From assembly GCA_964247055.1 (NCBI GenBank), contig OZ176051.1, forward strand, positions 7,130,001 to 7,194,000: a stretch of DNA of 64,000 nt. The letters run 5' to 3'. The DNA comes from Paragordius varius (lineage: Eukaryota; Animalia; Nematomorpha). The notes beneath the pieces were generated by a model. That model saw nothing but the letters and a program-made list of their open reading frames with translations, ran no database searches and had not been told where the DNA came from. Shown piece after piece: positions 14,501 to 24,200 of the stretch. The first letter of the stretch is position 1, and each line of letters opens with the position of its first letter. The position numbers and the translations under genes are program-made.

Positions 14501-16094
14501 CAAATAAGCCAATATATATTAGCACCCAGATATCAATTTTGTATCTGTGAGCTAGGTTTTCGTGCATCAGACAAAACAGTAATGAATGATTGGTTTTCAA
14601 ATTCGAAAATTGCTTTTAAAATATTTAGAACTGGTAGTTCTAAATGTGGCCCTTTGTTCCAAAATAATATATATATATATACATAGAATTTTAACATGCT
14701 AATAAATTAACCTTAATAGGTTTATCACAAAACTTTTGGACATAAGCCTGGTTTCAATCTTTAGATAATTGACGGGACATTTTGTAAACATAATTTAGGA
14801 AGGACATAATATTGTTAATTTAATCAAAATATTTATATAATTAACATCTTTCTAATATATAACAGTAAATATTTATTATATATAAATATTTAGATATTGT
14901 GTATTATTTACTTATTACAGGGTCACCTTAAGCAAGAGATTTACCTTTAATATTTTTAACCCATAAAATTTTTAATTGGCAATTTCGGCTTGAAATTTAA
15001 AAATATGAAAATTTTAATTTTTTTAATTATTATTTGATATACGTTAGCCTTCAAATGGAAATGGCTTTTATTAATACCTCTACATTATATCGTTTGGCGA
15101 TAATTAAATTTATATTTAAAAGTCTTTGTAGAAACCGCTATTCAACGAATTTGCTTTTTTCTAAATTTTTTAATCAACTCCTAGGATATCGGGAATCTGT
15201 TGTAGAGTTTTCCTAAAACTTTTTATTTTTCGGATGCCATAAAAACAAAATCACATCTGTTCCATTGCAGTCAAGCATTTAGTATCGTTACCTTTTAAGA
15301 ATTATGAATCCAAATTAGCAACGTTCTATTAACCAATGTAGTTTATAAAACTTATAGAATCGCAACATTAATTATATGTGTTCAATATTATAGAGTTAAA
15401 AATATTGTAAGAATAGATACCTTTATGGTTCAATATCCAGAAATTATTAACGAATTCCTTATACTAAAATATGAAAAATTAAAAACTGTAATAATTAAAT
15501 GATCAATTGTTGATACCTGATTGTTAAATTTTTTATCACCAAAAAATGTTAAATAATAACTTTACATAAAAACAAAGTACAATTTTAGGTTGATATTTAG
15601 AATTTTTTGCCTAAATTGTAAGTATCCAATTCACTTTAACCCAACGCACAAAATTGGAGCTTATATAAACTATCTTGATATAATGCGTATAAAGTTGAAC
15701 CCCCCCACCTCATAAACCGAAAAAATTAAATGATTTATTATCCGCGACAATTTTTAATTTAAATATAGGAAGAAAAAAATTATATAAATGATTAAATTTT
15801 ATTGTTTTTGGAACATTACAATAACTATTCAAAAACAAGGTTTGCAGAAAAAGCTCTCTTTGAACGATTTGTGACTTAATTTAAATATCGGATGTGCATT
15901 ATCACCAGCATAAGCTTATTAAATAATCCCTATTTAAAATTCTCATAATGAGGGAGGGGTTGAGTGTTTAGTATAGTAATAAATCTTTTTGTTTCTCATG
16001 TATCTTTAACTTATAGTTTTAATGTACTGCCAGTTAAATTGAGAAAAGATATGCACTTTTCCTAACAGCATTTAAAAACCAGTGACTCGAAGAA

Positions 16095-16692
16095 AAATGT
16101 GGATTAGCCCATTATACTCCAAAATAGTATATCGGAAAATTTAATAAATAATTCAGGGCCATAAAAAAGCAATTTTAGGGGGGCAAGCGGTATCACTGCC
16201 TAAGACTTACCAATTTAAGGCAACAATCCTCAGTGGGTTGACAATAGCTACTTAATAACCTCGGTCGAAAGAAAATGTCTAAAGTACGGTTAGGTAAAAA
16301 TTTTCCTTAGACTTAAAGGACAACAAATTCCAGATCGCATAAAAAGTGTAAAATCACAAGATTTGTGGGGTAAACTTCTACCAAACATACCTTTCGGGTT
16401 ATCATGCACTCTAGTATTCTTCAACGAATCATGGATCCAATGCCCAGTTACATGCATATATTTAGAGGATGTTTTATTAATCTACAGAGTTTGAGCATAA
16501 ACAAAATTTTGAACGAAACCTGTACCAATTGCATAAAGCTGGTCTTATATTACGAGAAGATAAGATTCATAAATTTTCGGTTATTATGAACAATAATGTG
16601 TTATAAATTAAAACAAACTACCCTAGATCCGTTGATGTAGCAGGCATCGAATATTTCTTTAGTTTTAATTTATATACCTAATTTATTCCATA
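16095..16692 (+). mobile_element. Decayed Ty3/Gypsy LTR-retrotransposon RT fragment
   Basis: Ordered motifs across frameshifts: WISP, FSLDLKDNKFQI (cf. LDLKDAYxQI), IPFGLS, SILQRIMD, CIYLEDVLL (cf. YLDD), HKQNFERNLYQLHKAGLILREDK and a final FIP. No LTRs found. Confidence 0.75.
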
Positions 16693-17579
16693 AATATATA
16701 AAATATAAATTAATACCCCATTTTTCAGCCAGTAAATGAAATTCATAACATGAACAAGTTTTAGGTTAACAAATAAGATAAAGACAATTCATTTAATCAA
16801 AACTACTGGAGTTATTAAAAAGCGCTTGTTTTGGAAGTACATATATTCATAAAACAAAAAAATCAATAGAAATAATTATTCCGAATTATTAAATATGAAT
16901 ATTATCATTAAGTAATACGGGCTTTTCGAATATATCTATTTAATAGTATTTTTAGGTTTAAAGCATTGAACCGAAACACCCGTACATGTCTCCCAATAAA
17001 AAATAAAGTAATGAAATGTTGATAAAATTGTAGGTGGGGTGATAAAAATTTTTTTTGAATGGGTTTCTTTCATTTGATAAAAAAATTTAACATTAGACGT
17101 CTTAAGTCAAGTAAAATTTGATTCGGAGGTGATAAAAAATCATATAATTAAGTGAATAAAGATTTTGCAAGTGTGGTAAAATATTAAATGTGTTCGCCCA
17201 TTTTTAGAAAAGTGGCGTTATTTGAAATGACTCCAGTTTTTAACAATTTAAAATTTAATTTTAACTAAAATTTACATTAAACTCTATATATTTAAAACTT
17301 CATTACCTTTTCACTTTTTTGTCCTAGTCTACCTTTTGGGGTATTGTATATCGCAGAGCTCAGTTCTGTAAATAAACAACAGTTTTGAAAGATATAGTTA
17401 AGATTTAATTTTCTAACATTATTCTCATGTATTATACAAAAAGCTTATATTTTTGACAGTTTTGTGACTTCTAGAGTCTAAAATTGAGACAGCTCCAAAA
17501 CACGATGGGAAGAACTGATCTTAAAATTAAAATATATCAAGTTTTTGCTAATGAAATGTATAAAGCTTTCTAAAGTTAA

Positions 17580-18650
17580 TTATGTATCATTTTCCAACCA
17601 TAACACTGCGTCTATAGACAACAATTTTTTCCGCCACCCGAGTTTTTTGCTTTTTCTGATATTTACTATCATTTTAACAGTTAATCGGAAATAAAAATTA
17701 TAATTCCACCTAAGATTTTTTATAAATGATTATTTATGATTATGCGACCTCAAAATTTTAGTAAAAAATGTTTTTCTTCAAAAATATACAACAAATGCCC
17801 ATTTGTAATATATCATTCGAACATGTAATGAAAACTCTATAAAATGCATACTAATATGTCATGATAGTTAATATCGATAAGAAGCAACAAACGCGAGAGC
17901 GAGAGCGTTTTTTTAATTATTATATTTTTTGCTAATGGATGAAAATAGCTTAAATTTTGTGTAGATGGCAATGAACGACCAATAAAATAACATAAAAAAG
18001 TTTTTTTTGATTAAAGCCATATTTATTGCTTTTATGTCATTCAAAACAGCGATTTTTTAGTTTTTTTGTTTTTTTAAAAAATATCATCTCATAAAATTAA
18101 TTATAGTTTTAGAAACCTTATAATTTCAGGAATTAAAGAAAAACTATAGGTTAAGGTATTCTTGATCTTTTAAAACCATTTGTTATAAATTTACAGTTAT
18201 AGCTATGCATTTTACTATCCACTAAATAAATTATTTTCATAAAATGTATATTATTAACAAAGCAACCCAATATCTTTTTATAGATTTTTTTAATTTTTAA
18301 TTAACGTAACCCTAATAATTATATTTAAAGAATTTACATGATTTTCAAATTAGTTTGCCTGTGAAAAATTTTGACTTATTTAAGGGTTAAAAATTTTGAC
18401 CATATACCCAAATAACTTTTACATAAGATTGTTTTAAATGACTAACTGCCATTCGAAAGATACAGTTTTTCGCGCTCGTAATGTTTTTAAAATTTTGTTT
18501 ATGTTAAATCGGGGCCAAAAATCTTCCATAAACCCTAATAAAAGTTGGAATATTTTTTTAGATATACTATTTATGTACTTTAATGAAATAAATTTTAAAT
18601 TTACAAGAATGGTGGTTTAAAAAAGTCAAAATTTATTGTCTAGTTTAAGA
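17580..18650 (+). repeat. Dispersed ~1-kb repeat (family K), copy 1; empty site for the SINE at 41603
   Basis: Colinear with 41230-42500, e.g. GCAACAAACGCGAGAGCGAGAGCGTTT vs GCAACAAACCCATGAAGCGAGAGCGTTT and TTTTGACTTATTTAAGGGTTA vs TTTTGACTTATTTATGGGTTA. Confidence 0.85.
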
Positions 18651-18965
18651 AATATATTCCGATGAAAAATGAACAAGATAACCATGCTTTTAGTTTTAGC
18701 CCTCACGCGTGATAAAAGTTATTTACACTTTTATGGTAAGTTTAAATTTTAGCACATTTTTTGTAATAATTTTTTTTTGATAATTTACAAGAATGGTGGT
18801 TTAAAAAAGTCAAAATTTATTGTCTAGTTTAAGAAATATATTCCGATGAAAAATGAACAAGATAACCATGCTTTTAGTTTTAGCCCTCACGCGTGATATA
18901 AAAAGTTATTTACACTTTTATGGTAAGTATAAATTTTAGCACATTTTTTGTAATAAATTTTTTTG
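18598..18965 (+). repeat. Local tandem duplication, 2 x ~184 bp
   Basis: TTACAAGAATGGTGGTTTAAAAAAGTC...CCCTCACGCGTGATA occurs at 18601 and 18785, nearly identical. Confidence 0.95.
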
Positions 18966-19890
18966 GTATATCAAATATACCGTACACCACCCATGAAAAA
19001 CAAAACAATATTTTTTTAAAGTATTCTAATTTTTGGAAATGGGCTCCGGAAGTCCCGAATTCTTACGTTCTAAAGTGGGCTAGTTTAAATATAAACGCAA
19101 AAAAGCTGTAATTGGGCGATAAAACTTAAAATATATGCTATATTTTGACATCAAAAAAAATATTTTCAAAATAATGCATACTTTTTCTAAATATATATTT
19201 TGAAAAAGTTTTATTAAAGCTTACTTTATACTATTTTGAATCATGAAGGAACGGTATAAAAACGCTTTAAGATTTTATGGAAACACTTTTTTAAAATAAT
19301 TTAATGATGCTGAACATTACTATCACTTCAGAACTTTGATTAAAATAGTCGTTGTTCAAATAATGTCAAATACCAAAATATAAAGTAGCTGTAAATTAAA
19401 ATTCTGACGCGACAAAATGTTCAGCATTATCAGATTATATATAACAAAGTTTTCATAATACTAAAAGTGTTTTTATATATCTAAAAGCGTTTTTTACCGT
19501 TTCCATCATGCAAAATTTATAAATATTTTTTTATATCAAAAAATAGCATACATTTAATTTTATCGTGCAATCCTGCCATTTTTGCTTTATTTTAAAAGAC
19601 TAACCCATTTTAGAAGAGAAAAAATTTGGGACTTTTAAAACGCAGATCTAAAAATTAAAATTTTTAAAAATATTGTTGTGCTTTTTATAGTTAGTTTATG
19701 ATATATATTGATATCTGTTTGAAAGATTTTATTTCAAAAAATGTGCTCAAATTTTGCCATTTTCCAAAACGGAGGGTTTCCCACAAAGGTATAATAAACT
19801 TTCTTATAGCACTTGTAAGGGCCGAAACAAAAAACCATAATCTTGATACATTTTCCTATCAGAATATATATATTTCATAATACAGTTGTT
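18655..19890. mobile_element. Palindromic foldback/MITE family D, copy 1 (~1.2 kb, long imperfect inverted arms)
   Basis: CATGAAGGAACGGTATAAAAACGCTTT (19242) is inverted with AAAGCGTTTTTTACCGTTTCCATCATG (19484). The arms extend outward. Related copies lie at 20330-20530, 26540-26860, 26870-28508 and 28520-31464. Confidence 0.8.
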
Positions 19891-20329
19891 TCCCTGTTGC
19901 AAGAGCAAAAAATTATAGAAAAATGGCGGCAAAAAAAGTTTGAGATGAGGATTATTTTATATTTTTGAAAAATTTTTTTTATAATGAGCCCAAAAGCTTA
20001 AAGAAAGCATATTTTTCGTCTTAAAGATTTTCGAATTTCTAAATAGCTTATTATTATAAAACTACCCCAAAAGGTAACGTAAGAGTGAAAATCAGTAATA
20101 AAAATTATAGAAGATCAGTAATTAAATGAAGATAAGTAGCCAGGGCTAAAATAAAATAAAATCGCAAGATATGGTCCTCAAGAAAAATATAAAACTACCA
20201 AAATAAAATTTAACCCTAATATTTCCAATCGCAATGACTGTGAAAACTAAGTATATGCGCGTAAAAGGTTAAAGAAAGTTTTTTTAATTCGGCCTAATAC
20301 CTGAAATTCTTTTTAATACATTCAAATTT

Positions 20330-20530
20330 TACGTTCTGTGATATATAATACCCCAAAAAGTCATGGAATTTTAAAAAAATGTGCACAGGTTTTGCTATTT
20401 TTTGATATGGAGTCCTTACCACAAAAGTTTAAATAACTTTCTTAAATCACTTGTAAGGGTCAAAACCACCGGTAACAAGATGATTCTGATACATCCTATC
20501 AGAATTCAATTTCATCAGGATATGTGAATT
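20330..20530. mobile_element. Partial family D arm
   Basis: AACTTTCTTAAATCACTTGTAAGGGTCAAAAC...CTGATACATCCTATCAGAAT matches 19798-19868. Confidence 0.7.
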
Positions 20531-20921
20531 TTAACCAAGGTAACTTTTAAATCATTATCCCACATGCCAAAAAATTGTTGGTGAGGGCTAAGTGCTTCTT
20601 TAATAAAATTCATATATATGTGTGTATATATATATATATTACTCTTAAAAAGCTTTAATCTTGATTTTTATATTATTTAATACATGCTCAAGCCTTACAT
20701 TTCCCCGCTAATATAAGAAATTTTAAATAAACATGAAATAATATGTATTTGAATAAACTTTTGCTTGCATTATGTGTATGGGTTAAATACCCTACCCAGT
20801 AATTAATTTAATCATCGGGTCTTTATATCAATTCGGCGTTATGTATTTAAAAAAGTATCAATTATATATCCCAAATTTCAATTAATAGTACTATTTTTTT
20901 TTAACTTTACAATTATATCAA

Positions 20922-21060
20922 GGTGTATCAAGAAAAGGGTGTAGCAGACCCACGTCGCCACTGCCCACAAAAGACGTCCCTTGCTGCCCTTACATACACC
21001 AGTCAATGGTGGGTCAGTGACGGCCGTCTATTTGCGTCGGGGGTCGGGTTAACTTCTAGG
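20922..21060 (+). other. GC-rich island with predicted hairpin and pseudoknot; candidate structured 5' leader exon or ncRNA
   Basis: 77 of 139 nt are G+C (55%). Helices: GGTGTAT/ATACACC, AAGGG..TAGCAG/TTGCTGCCCTT and ACGTC/GACGT. The loop CACTGCCCAC is complementary to GTGGG(T)CAGTG at 21009-21019. Confidence 0.5.
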
Positions 21061-21122
21061 GATATAATGATGTTATATAAGGAAATGTGTGAAACAAATA
21101 AAAATATATTTGGCATTTATAG

Positions 21123-21214
21123 GTAAAATAAATCCAATCGACTATATCCTATATATTTATACTAATGTTTAATAAATCTAATATTCCTTAAAATATAACG
21201 TATGGATATTCTAG
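21123..21214 (+). other. Candidate 92-nt 5'UTR intron of PLC-gamma
   Basis: Donor TAG|GTAAAA at 21122/21123 and acceptor TTCTAG ending at 21214. No further AG occurs before the ATG at 21291. Confidence 0.45.
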
Positions 21215-21290
21215 TTTAATTCAACCGAAAATTATACTGTAACAATTTATAAATTTTAAATTTAAAATACATACAACAATGTTATAATGA

Positions 21291-24200
21291 ATGGTTGAAT
21301 CTCACGTCGATAACTTCGAAAGCGCTTGCCTTGAATTCGCAGGGGGATTTTATTTAACCCTCATATATTCCAATAAACAAAAACTATCAAAGCGAAAAAT
21401 ATTGTATAGAAAAGAAAGTAATGAAATCATATTAACCAAAAAATCCGGGAAAATTGATTGTATTGATTGCCATGCCTTAAAACTTTTAAAAATTGGAAAG
21501 GACTCTCAAGATTTTGAAAAACTTTATGAAATTACTAAACAATGTTTGCCGAATTTGTGCTTAACAATATATTATGGTACCGAATTTAAATTAAAGTCTT
21601 TGTCGATTATATTTTCCGAGGCAAATGCTTTCAAAGCTGTATATACTGTGGTAAAATCAATCATTGACGACATAAAACCTTCATATTGTCAAAAGCTTAA
21701 ACAACTTATATTAAGGTCCGATGTTATACCAATTACAGATTTGGATTTGGATGAAGATACAATAGAAGAGTTTTTATTAAATGTATGGCAATCATGGGAT
21801 ATCAAAATTCTGTTAATTTTCTATTTGAATCCTTTATCAATTAACAGTGATAATTTACATATTAAAATTACTGGGCCAACTATTTTAATAAATTCTTCCG
21901 TCGATTACATAAAATATGTTTATGACAAGGCATTTTTTGATATTAATCACTCCATTTTAAAAGAAAATACCATAACAGTTAAAATTAGTCAATTTATGAT
22001 AAAATTGTTTGCCGAACAAAATGGCATATACGAAGAAAATAGTACAGTTTATCAAGATATGAATCATCCATTAAGTCATTATTGGATTAATACTTCACAT
22101 AATACTTATCTTACGGGTGATCAAATCGCTAGTGAAAGCACTTCGGATGCATACATTTCTGCTATAAAACTCATGGGGTGTCGATGTGTCGAAATAGATT
22201 GTTGGGATGGCGTATCACTAAAAACATTATGCCAAGGTGCCGCACAAAACCCTGTAAAAATCGATTTGATTAATCGGGCGCTTAAAGCCCTAAATTTATG
22301 GACAGAGGAAAACAATATATTAATGGAAGATATCAATAATTGCAGCAGCAACAATAATAATAATAATTTAAAAACCCCATTTACTATAAATGCCAGTAAT
22401 TGCCTCATACCCATTGTGTATCATGGCATGACTTTAACATCCAAAATTAGTCTAATAAACGTAATATTAGCCATAAAACAGGTAGCATTTTCTCAAACTT
22501 CCTATCCTCTCATACTCAGTATTGAGGATCATTGCTCACTTTATCAAATGAAAATTATGGGAGCCCTTTTTAAAGAATGCTTTGGTGACATGATTTTGAC
22601 TGAACCATTGAGTAATAACGCAGGTAATAATAATCGAGAATATCTACCATCACCTGCATCTCTTATGAATAAAATTTTGATCAAACATCCAACTTTGCCT
22701 TCATCTAATACCGCTCGACATCTTAAAGAATCTGTCCTGCGCCAAAGAGTCAAAAACGTTGAATTTATTAAACGTGATTTACTGAAGTTAAAGCGACATG
22801 GCATAGTATACATTAAAAAATATGAAAAAGAGTTGCTTAAAGGCATTGATTCTTCACCTTTAAAATATTCTGCTTGGACCCCTGTCTTATTTTTATTAAC
22901 CACATCTAGTTTGTATTATTGTAAAAATTTAGTCAAAGCTTTTGACTATTTCAACTTGTGGAAAAATAGGGAATCATACCTCAATCAAGCTAAAAATAAT
23001 ATTTTAACCTTGAACGCTAATAAATTGAAGGATGATGAATCCACAATTTCTAGTCAAACCAAAGAATCTGAATGGCTTTACACCAATTTAAAAAGCCCAA
23101 GAAAAGATTCCGAATCGATTATTAAATTACATTTTGAAAAATTGGGTGACGGGTGTTTTTTGGTCCGTAATAGTGGTATATTTATTGGCGACTACATTTT
23201 GACCCTTTTTCAACAAGGTAAAATATATCATTGCAGAATCCACAATTTATGTGAGAATGGTAAAATACTTTATTATTTAAACCAATCTCATACATTTTCT
23301 AGTCTTAAGGAACTTATCACATACTATCAACAACAGCCAATGTCAATAAAGCTATTTAAGATACGATTAACAAATCCTATTATCTCTACGCCAAGCAATA
23401 ATGTTTCTTCCACCATATCAAATCTTCAAAATAGCTGTGACCGTTTAAACGCATCGACTCCTGAAAAATTACCATATTATTTTCCCAACATGTCCCAAAA
23501 AGCTGCTGAAATCGTTTTAAAAAATTATAATATATGCGGCGCCTTTTTACTCCGATGCTGTTCTACCCAATATCAAAACACAAATTACAAGTATACATTA
23601 AGCTTTTTAACTGCCACTAAAGATATTAAACATTGCCGAATCAAAGCCGCAGTAAATAAGGAAGCCTCAGCCCTTACTTATAGTATTTTCCATCATGATT
23701 ATGCACACTTGCATGAAATGATTGAACATCTACGTGCTCAACCTTTTTTCGAGTCTACGAAATTGACCGATTATATAACTCCCGAAGTTGCTGATCGATA
23801 TTTGGTGAAAGAATCTGAATTTGAATACCAAAACAAAGAATTAAATATTTGTGATACCAATGAGGATAATGACAACACATACATAACATCTTCGGAAGTG
23901 TATAAACCTTCAACCCTTATGGTACAAGCTACTGAGGATTATAAAGCTAAAAAGTCAGATGAGTTATCATTTAAAAAATATGCCATTATAACAAATGTAA
24001 ACAAAGTCGACGATGTATGGTGGAAAGGTGATTATAATGAATCCAAACAAGGATGGTTTCCGTTCTCATCCGTTAAGGAACTGGATACATATTCGGCCCC
24101 TTTTGATAATAAAAATAATGAATCCTTAGATGCATCCACTAATTTAGTAGGGACTTGCGAAGAAGACGATATTGACGATGAAGAATGTGTTTTAACAACT

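Noticed and set aside
20900-21060. Spliced-leader RNA, U11 snRNA or telomerase RNA identity for the GC island
   Set aside because: TATCAAG|GT, AAAAGGG and TAACCC give superficial resemblances only. There is no convincing Sm site, the donor does not pair with the upstream leader, and there is no 1.5-repeat telomere template.
20923-21126. 67-aa ORF as an N-terminal exon of PLC-gamma
   Set aside because: It starts at GTG. Splicing 21122 to 21215 reaches TAA before the PLC ATG, and the PLC PH domain is already complete from 21291.
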